From NCBI GenBank assembly GCA_043228905.1, contig JBHGNT010000012.1:17174001-17238000 (forward strand): 64,000 bases of DNA. Reading direction: 5' to 3'. The translations under genes were made by a program, and so were the position numbers. The DNA is from Azolla caroliniana (taxonomy: Eukaryota > Plantae > Polypodiophyta). This document shows, one piece after another, positions 49,121 to 60,308 of this stretch (positions within the stretch are counted from its first letter, which is position 1; each line of letters starts with the position of its first letter). The notes beneath the pieces were generated by a model, which was given only the letters and a program-made list of their open reading frames with translations, did no database searches and was not told where the DNA came from.

Positions 49121-49469
49121 CAGTATAGTTGGGAAGCTAGTCGGATATACCGATGTCAACTGGGCTAGTGATGCATCGGATCGCCGATCCACCTTCGGTT
49201 ACATGTTTTCTCTTGGTAGTGCAGTTGTTGCGTGGAGCAGTAAAAAGCAGCCAACAGTGGCTCTATCGAGCACTGAGGCTGAATACCGGGGCACTACCCA
49301 TTGCCACCTGTGAAGCCATCTGGCTTTGGCAACTGTTGCGAGAGCTCCGGATTGAGGTGCCAACCCCGATCTTGATCTACTGTGACAACGTAAGCAGCAT
49401 ACAACTCGCCACGAATCCCTTATTCCATGCTTGGACAAAGCACATAGAAGTGCATTATCACTTTGTGCA

Positions 49470-50309
49470 CATGGTTGTTTACGTACCTGTATTTAACGTT
49501 TAAATACGTATAATACCTCATCATTTGTATAGTACGTACTATACCTCAATGTTGTTCAGTCAAATATCATGTACATTTGTCCAATACGGTATTTAACATA
49601 TTTATAGAAAAACAGGTATAATACGTATTAATAAAGAAAATGTAAGTAAAACCCTAACAAAAAGCAAAAGAAAAAAAAGATTTTAGTGAAAAAGAATCCA
49701 AAGGAAGGAAGAATAGAAGAATAGAAGAGATGACGATGAAGAAGATGATGATGAAGAAGAAGAAGAAGAAGAAGAGAGAAAAGAAGACATAAACATGTCC
49801 TGAGTGTGATAATCGTAGTAGATAGAAGAAGAAGAAGAAGAAAACGAAGAAAAGAGATACCTATCATGAGTGTGATAATCGTAGACAATTACTCAATCTA
49901 TGAAAGCATAATTGTAGATAATTGCAATTTGAAGTAGAACATCGTGATACACACGTACACTGATTTATAGGATAAGGGAATGTCGACATCCATATTACTA
50001 TAAGTATTTTAGGATGTGAAATGTTCAAATGTCTTATATGCATTTTAGGATCTAGAACTATATTGTACATCACAAAATTGTGTAAACATAGATGTTTTTT
50101 ACAATATTATAGATATTTTTTAGAAAGGTAAATAATTTTCAAATTCTAGAAGTATTTAATGTACTATACGTATTTTATGTATTTTATAAGTATTTAACAT
50201 ATTAAGAAAACGTATTTAACGTATTTTTAAATTGGGAGGTACTATACGAGTATTAATACGTTAAATACGTATGGTATCTGTACCGTACCTAACTTACCTA
50301 ACAACCTTT
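49470..50309. mobile_element. Non-autonomous hAT-like element
   Basis: Ends CATGGTTGTT / rc AAAGGTTGTT; 8-bp TSD TTTGTGCA / TTTGTGCG; TACGTA/TATTTAAC subterminal repeats; splits Copia HYHFV|RE. Confidence 0.8.
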
Positions 50310-51607
50310 TTTGTGCGTGAGTGGGTCCTGAGCGGTGAAGTTGAACTTCGGTATGTTCACACGGATCGGCAAGCTACCGATATCTTCACCAAGCCACTCG
50401 GATCGGACAAGTTGCAACACTTTTCGGAGATGCTCGGCATTCAGCGTCTCAACGTGCCGCACTTGAGGGGGAGAACGGGAACGGGAATGGATGACACCGA
50501 ACGAGGAACCGGAGAGGAAGAAAGAATCAAGGGGGGAGATGAGCAAATAAAGGAAGCCGAGCCGACCGAATGAGTCGACACATCCAAACAAGTCGGAGCA
50601 AGTGGCAACGATGGCAGAGTCAAGGACAAAGTTGACCGGAAGTAGGCCAAGACCCAGATGTGGTCCGATGTGGTGAAGGGCCTAAAAACGGAAGACGAGT
50701 TGGAGACTACCAACTTGGACAAGAGCTGGAATGAATCGGAGGAAGCCGATTTGGTTCAACAGTTGCATTCAGAAGAGCCAAAGCAACTAAAGGGCAAGCG
50801 GACAATAAGGCAATGGAAGTCGACACCAACATGGAGGACTCGATGGGTCGACAAGCGCCGAAGTGGTAGCAGCGAAGGAGCTGAGATGGGCCTGCTGAGC
50901 AGACAAGCCGATCGAGGAGGTCGAGGTTCATGGAACCACAAGGGTCGCGAGAAACGGGACCAGACCGGACGAGGAGCGCGAGCAACGCGGAACGATGCCA
51001 GAAGGAGCCAGATGGAAGGACCGGCTACTACAGACACTAACACAACAATCCGACCTGAGGGGGAGTGTTGAGCGAGCATGCTCAACCAGATCCAGATCAG
51101 CTGAATAAGCCAGAGCCGGATCGGTGTCCAGATGATATCCAGAACTAGGAGCCGATCGGAGAGTCGGATCGGATTGAAACTGGTAGGCCGTTAGAGGCCT
51201 ACGAATCCAGCCTAATACGTAGGCATACTTTAGGGAGTCAATGACAGTTGCTCGTGTGAGCATTGAAGTACCTGTTAGTACTTCTATTAGTCCTTTATGG
51301 ACTTGTATAAAAGTGCTCTCTGAGCACATTCTATGTATAGAGTGATATACAGAGTGTTATTACTTTTTTAATAGAGTTTACGTTCTGCTCTCTCTCTGTC
51401 TCTCCCGCGCATATTCTTTGTGTTAAGCTTCCATTGAACCTTTCTCTCCATTGTTGCTATCCGGTACAGCAGGTTTGTAATACAGTTCCGCACGTTCACA
51501 TTCACAATGCTAATATCAAAATGGTTGAGCATGACATCTTTTTGATGTGAGGTTGTAGGTTCAATCCTCACCAACTATGTATTTGATGTCTATGTTGTGA
51601 TAGATGT

Positions 51608-53070
51608 CCACTATCACCCACACTCTTTGGCTTATGTATTGATAAATTAGAATAAGTGGTGAATAAGGTTGCATGAGAAGAAGGATTGAATGCCCCCATA
51701 TTTATGCAACATGTTTTCTTATTGCTTCTATATGCAGATAATGTGGTACTCTTCTCATATGGTGTTGATCGTATGCAACATTTATTGGGGGTATTAGAAG
51801 AATTTTGCCATAGTAGTGGACTAGCATTGAATGTGGAGAAAATAAAGATGATGGTAGTGCAAACCAACCAACCTCATCATTACCCTATTCTAACATATAG
51901 AGGTGAACATATACTGTTTGTTCAAAGCTTTAAATATCTTGGTATTAATGTACCCGCCACAAATAAATGGAGTGCATGCTTTGATTCTAGGCTTCAAGTC
52001 GGTTGGAAATCGTATTACCTTTTGGAGAACCAATGCAACCAAAGTGATACTTGTGGATGGGAAGTAAAACTAATGTTGTTCAATGCCATGGTAACTCAAG
52101 TATTACTTTATGGAGTAGAAGTATGGGGTGGCAGCATCTCTCTTAATGCATAGAATGAGATTAAGAAAATTCAAAATATGTTTTTAAAGAGGCAATTAGG
52201 AGTTAAATGCACTACCCCTTACTAGGTTATGCCCTTGGAAATAGGTGTTTGGCCCATAGAAATATTGGCACTCCAAAGAGTATATAGATACATTACAAAG
52301 GTAAAGAATAAGTTGAATCATCGATTACCACATCTTGCTTGGAATGTTGGATGTAAGCTACAAAAGAATCATAAGAGTAAAATTCTCTCATTCGGTTGGG
52401 TTCTTGACATAAGAAAATGGTTTAGATGATGGGGTGTGGATGATCTTTTAGACTTTCGGGTGATACTATGAAATATGTAATGATTGAGGAAAGGTTGGTG
52501 GAATCATTAAGGATGAAGTGGGAAGATGCGAAGAGGACAAAGCTAGAATACTACATTGCAAATGTCAACCCTGAATGTTAGTCTCAATTTAAATCAAGAA
52601 TGTTTATTGATCGTATCCAACTTTATGTCATTATCAATAGGAGTAGTAATGCTCATAGAGCCCTTGCACTACTTCGCACTCGATCTCACAAGTTGGGTAT
52701 TGAAGTTGCATCATAGTATCAAAATGCAACGAATTTGAAGGCATGTAAAGTATGCAATGAAGGTATGGTAGAGGATGAATGTCACTTGCTCGTCACATGC
52801 TCGACATATAGTGCAATTCATTCAAGATATGTTGACATACTAAGAGGGAGTGATAACTTAAGTGCCATACTTAAGACACCACCTAGAAGGTTGAGCTCAT
52901 ATGTGTATGCTTTATTCACACATAGAGACTTTGTACTTCAATGTATGAATACCCCTCTTTAGGAATGAGACACATATCAAGAACACATGTATACTCTAAT
53001 CCCATAGGTCAAAATTGGCCTCTTTATGGACGATAAAAATTCTAATTCTAATTCTAATTCTAATTCTAAT
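51608..53070 (+). mobile_element. RTE/RTEX-like LINE, 3' part with (TTCTAA)n tail
   Basis: PLSPTLFGL, LLYADN, FKYLG, C-terminal CKVC..EDECHLLVTC zinc finger; tail at ~53038-53070. Confidence 0.9.
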
Positions 53071-53744
53071 AGGTTTGTGGAATACATTGTGGAACATCAA
53101 TGACTAAGTTTGTTGTGATGCAGAAAGCCCCTAACTACTTGTAGTTCAAATTATCAATTGAAACCTTCTCTCCGTCCTTGATAATGGGAACCACAAACTA
53201 CTTACAAATAATGTGGTCTAGCCCCACTCCCATCTATCATGAAGTCAAATAAACAATTGCAACAATACCATCTAGCCTAATCCATGAACCTCATGGTTCC
53301 ACTCATTTTCACGCACTTGTTGTTGGATAGGTCTTGTGAGAGAGTTCATAAATGCAACATAGAATACTAGAAGTGTGACAACAAAATGAGAGACAAAAAT
53401 GGAACACTACATATTAAAGAAGACTGACCAAAAACAACGATCTAACAAGGAATACATCAACATGCATCATTGTCTATAAGTGGCTAGCCACCAATAATAG
53501 AACCTTAACCAACTCTAGAGTTTTCCTCATTCCTAAATCTCTAGCACATGAGTTATCATGGAAAACCCTCATAACATGATTCCTAATACCAGTAACCTAC
53601 AAAACAAATATTTTTAATTTTCTCTTGGCTAATGCTTAGTCAACGTAGAACTTATTGATCAATGGTCTAATGAAATAACTACACTAATTAGCATTATGGG
53701 GCTCACTCCTTCAAACCCTATGTGTGAGCCATCCAAGATTACTT

Positions 53745-56700
53745 ATGGGACCGTGATTTTAACATGTGTGTTGATGCATCTCAATCTACGTCTGAACATT
53801 CTATCATGGATGATCTTGAGCAACTTGCTTGGGATTCATTGGCTATGGAGGTTTTGAAGTTGGATGTTTGGACATGGTTGCATGGGAATGATCCAGGTTT
53901 TACTTTCCAATCTTCTCAACATAGACAAACATGGAATCGGTTAGATAGAATGTATGTGATGCACGATGATTCTTTTTTACCAACATCACTTCGTATGCCA
54001 ATTCTACAAGATGTAGAAACTTCAGATCACGTTCCTATTTGTTTGAAGGTTTGTAGTCATGCAATTGACATGTATAAATCCTTACTTGGAAATCCTCCAT
54101 TATGCTTTAACTCCTCTTTTGCTTCAACCTCACTTTGATTCTCTCATGGAGCAAATTTTGGTAAATTTTTCACAAGAAGTGAATTTGAAAGGAGTTAAAG
54201 CATGGGATTCTCACATTATGAAACATTAAGATCAGTCATCGTATGTATGAAGTAACTAATGATCAACGAAGAAGAGGTCTTCTTCGACAATTCTCAAACT
54301 TGTTCTCTCTAGGTATAATGCATTATTGATGCATGCACCATTACATGAGGAGTTTTTGGATATCCAAAGTCAATTGCAGGTTATTATTCCTCAGTTGCAA
54401 TGCCAAAGTTATCATTTGCAAAGTTGCGTCAAGTGAGGGATGGGCTCATAGATAATCAATCTCAATCTCATTTGTTTTTCCAAGCGTTACATCCTACTTA
54501 TGCTCGATCTAATGTGGTACATGTGAAGCAAGGGGATGAATTGATAGTGGATCCTACTACAATAATTGACATATGTGCTCATTACTTTAAGGAGTTGATT
54601 GGCCCACAATTGTTAATGACAAATGAGGTGAGTTGAGCACGTCATGAGTTTTATGACGTGGTTGGATGTATTGTGCATGACCTCATTAGTCATGAATTGG
54701 ATGCGGAATTCACTGAGGATGAGGTGGACACGGTTTTAAGGCATCTTCCTAGTGGTGAGAGCCCCAGTTGGGATGGCTTGACAAATGAAGTTTTTAAGCG
54801 ATATTCGAACATTTTAAAGGGGCCCTTAACTTTGATGTTTCAACATTCATGGGATTCTGGTTGTATGCCTCAAGCTTGGAAGGTTGGTCTAATTAAATTA
54901 ATTCCAAAGGTGACATCTCTTGAGTCATTTCATCAATGGAGACCTATTTCTTTGATGGGGGGGTTGTATAAGATATTTACAAAGGTCTTGGCAAATAGAT
55001 TACAGAAGTATTTGCCAAAGTTAATACATCCTACCCAATATGGTTTTATTGCAGGTAGGAATATATTGCATAATGTGTTGAATGTTCAAATGACCATGGA
55101 TTATGCTGGAAAAACTCATCAAGAATTTATTATGGTGCAATTAGATTTGGAGAAAGCTTATGGTCATGTTAATTGGTCCTTTGTTTCTGGGTTAATGCAT
55201 ACAATGGGCTTTGGACCTCGTATGTCTCGCCTCATATTTTTATTAGGACAAGATGTGGTGTCTCGAGTAATGCTTAATGGGGGAGTTACATTAGATATTG
55301 CCGTCACAAGATCCGTTCGTCAAGGATGCCCTCTTAGCCCATTGTTGTTTGCTATTGTTACTCATCCCTTGTTAATGATGCTATCAAGGCTTGCAACAAA
55401 TGGTGACATTGTGGGTCTACACCTTCCGTCTGGAGGGCAACTGGTAGCACAAGCTTTGATTGATGATTCTTTCATGTTTCTACAAGACTCACGAGAGAAT
55501 CTTGAGAAGGGGTTGCGTGTATGGAACCAATTTGCATTGGCTTCAGGATTACATATTAATTGGAGGAAGTCTAGTCTCATATCATGTACTGAAAGGGATT
55601 TGGAATGTTTAAGATGGCAAGGATCCATGGTGAAGAAAGGCTCTATTTTCTGACACTTGGGCTATCCATTAGGAATGAATGTTACAAATGGTCAATTGAT
55701 TGAATGGTGTCTAGTAAGTTGAGGGATAAGTTCATGTATTGGAAATCACAATCTTGGTCATTTCATGTACGCTTGAAGGTTGTACAATGTATTATGGAAC
55801 CCATGATATTATATTACTTGTCATTGTTGTCATGGACAAAGAAGGCTTTGCATTCTGTTTTGCAACCTCTTCGATATTTGTTGTGGAAGAAGAGGGATAA
55901 GATGGGAATCACTTAGGTTGCGTGGAATTATCTAGCAACCCCTAAGCACTTGGGGGGAGCTGGAATATTGAACTTATCCATGCATATAATGGCTTGTAGA
56001 TTTTCATTATTACAAGACATGTGTTCAAACTCACAATCATGGATATCTATTGTTCAATATTTCATTGAGAACAAGGGTTTAACACATGGGAGGACAACAA
56101 TTAAGGCTTCATGGTGGTAATTACTAAATCGATGTATTTCACTTAGGATTCCGGGCTCTTCATGTGTTCAACACTTGGTTACTTCATGGCAAGAAGCACT
56201 CTTGTTATGTGTATGGAAACCATCATCTAGTAGAGAGCATTGTAATTCTTTGCAAAAAGAGTTACTTGTGTCTTCTCGGTTATTATGTTGACCAGGAAAT
56301 GAGAGAATGTGCTCTCAATTTAATCATTTGTTTTGTTTGGGGGTCAAAGAGGTGGGAGATATAATGAGGCTCCATCACAAACAATTTTGGAGTTTGTTGA
56401 AGCGCGACAATTATTATTCATCTCACCTAATTATGGGTTTATTTGGCAACAACAACAAAATATTGCAATGATGCAAGGTCCCTTACCTCCACAAACTGGA
56501 GAACAACTGTGGATTGATTGGTGTTTACGGGATCAAACGTCATTGTTACAAGTGACTACTAATCTTTTGTATCATTGCTCTGTTGAGTCTCTTGGATGGT
56601 TATTATCTAAGGCTTAAGACAAATAAAAAATACACAAATCCGATCATGGGTGGTGGCAGATCTTACAACATAGTTGGCATTCTAAATTGCCACTTGTAGC

Positions 56701-57100
56701 AAAGGTCTTCATTTGGAGAGTTTTGATTGGAGGATTGTCTTTGGGATTAGCTCTAAAGCGTTGTGGACTAGCAACACGTAATTGCTTTTTTTGCACTGTT
56801 CAAATGGAAGATAGTACTCATCGATTTATACAATGTTTGATTGCTTGTCATATTTGGAGTTACATTTCTCAAATTTGGCAAGTTTTATCACGATGTTATT
56901 TGACACCTAGACAATGGGTGTTTGCACAATTTACACAGGTTGACCCAAAATCAGAGATGGAGATCGTTTTTCTATTTTTAAGATATTGGGGATTGCGTCA
57001 TAATTGGAACATGCGCAACGCTTTTGTATTCGATGGTAGATATGGAGTGAAAGCATATCTATGAAAGTTGAAGGGAGTACTAATGTGGCAATTTTTTTAA
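53745..57100 (+). mobile_element. Degenerate L1-type LINE ORF2 (EN end, RT, zf-RVT), cut at its 3' end by the MULE
   Basis: RLDRMY..SDHVP; WRPISL; LDLEKAY; RQGCPLSP; LIDD; KVFIWR..CFFC..EDSTHRFIQC. Confidence 0.9.
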
Positions 57101-57314
57101 GGGAAAAGTACCAAGATACTCTTAGAAGTTGGTCTATTTACCAAAATGCCCCTGGAAGTTCCAAATTTACCAAACTACCCCTATCTCCAAAAAAATACAC
57201 TTTATAAAGTAATTATACACTCAAATCTACAAGCCCTATTTACCAAAATACCCTTAAACCTCATAGAATCTTTCTTTTCTTTCTTGTTCATCATCAATCG
57301 TCTTCATCAGGTTA

Positions 57315-57365
<51 letters not shown>

Positions 57366-57496
57366 ATATGTGGACATTTCTCTATTATTAGGTTTTCCCT
57401 TTCTTCTTTTATTATTCAATCCCCTTTTCCTACTAATTTTTCTTTTTCTTGTATCCTTCAAAGATTTCTTCTTCTTCTTCTTCTTCTTCTTCTTCT

Positions 57497-58400
57497 TTAG
57501 AGAAAACTCCTTCTTTCAACCTCACAATGCATTACTTGGCCTTCATTGATTGATCCTGAGTTGCAACATGCTTTGAGAATGCTTATAAATGTAACAATAT
57601 CAGGGAAGATACCATCAGATTGCATCTTTTCAAAGCATTCAACTACTTCTTCAGATTTTCCATTCTCAGCATATCCAACAATCAATGAAGTCCAGGAGAT
57701 TGCATCTCTAACATGTAATTTATCGAAAACCTATCTATCTCTCTCGATTGAGCCACATTTTGCATAAGTATCAACCAAAGTGGTAGCCAATGAGATATCA
57801 CTATGTAGGAAACCTCTCGAACCACATTCTACATGTACATGAAGACTTGTTCTCATGTCTCTTAACCTTATACAAGCCTTGAGCAAAGCAACAAAAGTAT
57901 GTTCATTTGGATGTGAAGAAGAAACATCAACGTTTCTCATTGTTTTGTATAGATATTATGCTTTCTGTGGTTGACCACAATTGTTGTAACCTGATAGCAT
58001 GAAATTCCATGAAAGCTCATTGCGAAGAGATATATGATCGAACTAATAGAGAGCATCGACCGTACATCCAACTTTAACAAACAAAGGAACCAGATAGTTT
58101 CCTAATACATTATCACATTCTAGTCCTTTTATGCAAATGCACTCATAGAGTCGTAGAGCATATACTCTGTTTCTGTCATTCCGGCATTTACATAAAAGCC
58201 TTGCAAATTCTTCAGCAAAGGAATGAGAACTTGAAAGAAGAAGAAGGTCAACTTCTAACTTATTATGCATCTCTTATATATAGAGATATACCATTTCTTC
58301 TTCACGTTCTCCTTCTTCTTCTTCTTTTTTATCAGAGAATAAGTGCGGTATTTTATAGCCAGACTGGTAATGTTTTGCATACATTGGAGGGTTGAAACTC

Positions 58401-58431
<31 letters not shown>

Positions 58432-58495
58432 CTTCTTTTTTATCAGAGAATAAGTGTGGCATTTTATAGCCAGACTGATAATGTTTTGCATACAT
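57497..58495 (-). pseudogene. 5' fragment of a PLS-class PPR gene inside the MULE
   Basis: One reading frame with several stops: MYAKHY..ARLLCKC..LGNYLVPLFV..ELSWNFMLSGY..PNEHTFVALLKAC..TLVDTYAKCGS..DAISWTSLIVGYAENG..PDIVTFISILKAC. Confidence 0.9.
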
Positions 58496-58511
58496 TGGAG
58501 GGTTGAAACTC

Positions 58512-58542
<31 letters not shown>

Positions 58543-58620
58543 CTTCTTCTTCTTCTTCTTCTTCTTCTTCTCTCTGTCTCTCTCTCATTTCGATGTTTGA
58601 TGTTTGATGTCTCTCATAGA

Positions 58621-60308
58621 ATGGCTTTGGTGGAGGGAAGGCAGTTTGACTCTTTGAAGGAGCTTCGACAAGCTATGAGAGATGATGCAATTGGCTCTCA
58701 TGTTGAGCTAAGAGTGATCAAGCCAGATAAAACAAGGTTCACATGAATTTTGCACTCATATGCTTTTACACTCACTTGACTTTTAATCTTAAATTTGTGC
58801 TCACATGACTTTTGCTAGATTAACTATTACATGCAAAAATTCTGGATGTCGATGGAGGTTGCATGCATCTTGTATTGAAGGAGGTCCAAAATGCTAGATC
58901 AAGAAGAATAGGGAAGAACATAAATGTGGTGGCACTCAACACTTAGGGAACAAAGAAGTAAGCTCAAAATGGTTGGTTGAAACAACATTGGAGAAGTTTA
59001 AATATCATCCTACATACACACCAAAGGAACTAATTGGTGATGTGCGTCGTGAAAAAGGTGTCACTATCTCTTACAGGGTAGTGTGGAAAGCAAAAGAAAG
59101 TGCACATGCTCAAATCCATGGGGATCATGTATTTGCATATCAAAATCTTCAAAATTATTGCCAAAACATTTTAGAAGCTAATCCTGGTAGTGTGGCATAT
59201 GTTCAAGAAACAATTGAAGGTCTCTTTCTTCGCATATTCATTGCTTACAATGCAAGCATAAATGGTTTCATGCATTGTAGACCAATAATTGGTCTAGATG
59301 GAACTCATTTGAAAGGAAAATATCTAGGAATCCTTCTCACGGCTACTACCATCGATGCACAAGGTGCTTTGTTTCCGATTGCATTTGGTGTAGTAATAGC
59401 AGAGAATGATGATAAATGGTGTTGGTTTCTTCAAAGTTTGAAGGATGTTCTTCGACACACAGATCCACTAACGTTTATTTCAGATAGACAAAATGGTTTA
59501 GTGGATGGTGTCATGTTGGTGTTTGGCAATGATACATCATGTCATGGATATTGCATGCGCCATCGGGGCGCCATCTATCAGACAATTTCAGAAAAGCTTT
59601 TAAAAGCAATCAACTACTGGGGATGTTGTGGAAAGCTGCAAATGCAGCTAATACTCAAGACTTTGATGTTATCATTGGAGAAATACGCACTTCAAATAGT
59701 AATGCAGCTAAATGGCTAATGAGCACCGCCAACCCCTCACATTGGGCTACATGTAAGTTTTCAGGGAAAAGGTTTGAACACTTGACATCTAACATTATCG
59801 AGTCCCTAAATGCATGGTTGTTAGAGGCTAGAGCTATGCCTATTCTAGGGATGATGGAATTGATACGCCAGAAGATAATGTCATGGTTTTATGACAGGAT
59901 GGTTAATGGAGAAACTTCTAAAGCATGTATTGGATTGGTTAATGGAGAGATAACACATGATGCATTGGTTGGATATGCAGAGAAATTCATTAGAGCATCC
60001 ATACAACATGGAAGACTATACCGTATTTTGCCATCTACTAATGATGTTTTTGAGATCCATACTCCAAAACATGTTAGGATTGTTTATGTGGATAAGAAGA
60101 TATGTACTTGTGGACAATGGCAAGATATGGGGTTACCTTGTGCACATGCAGCGACTGCTATTTTGTTTCGAAAAGAAAGAGTTCAATCTTTTGCACATAA
60201 GGCATATTTGTTGCAATCATATTGTGATACTTACGAGGAGCTAATATTTCCTCTTGTTGTTACGCATGATAATATTGCTGGAGGCATGTTACCACCAGCC
60301 ACACGAAG
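58621..60308 (+). pseudogene. MuDR/MULE transposase (DBD, DDE, SWIM), disrupted
   Basis: Exon 58621-58736, intron 58737-58818, then CRWRLHAS, GLDGTHLKGKY, FISDRQNG, YCMRH, SNIIESLNA, CTCGQWQDMGLPCAH. Stop at ~58895, frameshift at 59557-59575, cut at LPPATR by an LTR. Confidence 0.9.

Larger units (their letters stand above)
48404..51506 (+). mobile_element. Fragmented Copia (relative of 21126-26796): integrase tail, RNase H, Pol extension and 3' LTR 51066-51506
   Basis: EKGKKK..LRRSTRQKNP..YGYNEY..REPESYAEA; [14 protein letters not shown]; TDIFTKPLG; PPT GAGGGGGAG before TGTTGAG at 51066. RT domain is missing. Confidence 0.88.
41766..51602. mobile_element. Unclassified insertion with ~97-bp tRNA-like TIRs, TG..(C/T)A ends and 5-bp TSD GATGT; hosts further nested elements
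   Basis: 41766-41863 is the reverse complement of 51507-51602 (about 10 mismatches plus a 2-bp indel). GATGT at 41761-41765 and 51603-51607. Removing the insert restores LINE VKQGCPLSP. Confidence 0.85.
57101..60308 (+). mobile_element. Mutator-like element (left TIR, captured PPR fragment, transposase), interrupted by a chromovirus
   Basis: Begins GGGAAAAGTACCAAGATAC where LINE homology stops; three TTTACCAAA.T.CCC.T repeats within the TIR. Right TIR is not in the window. Confidence 0.82.

Noticed and set aside
51507-51580. Functional tRNA gene
   Set aside because: No clean acceptor stem, and the anticodon region differs between the two arms; treated as tRNA-derived sequence in a TE terminus.
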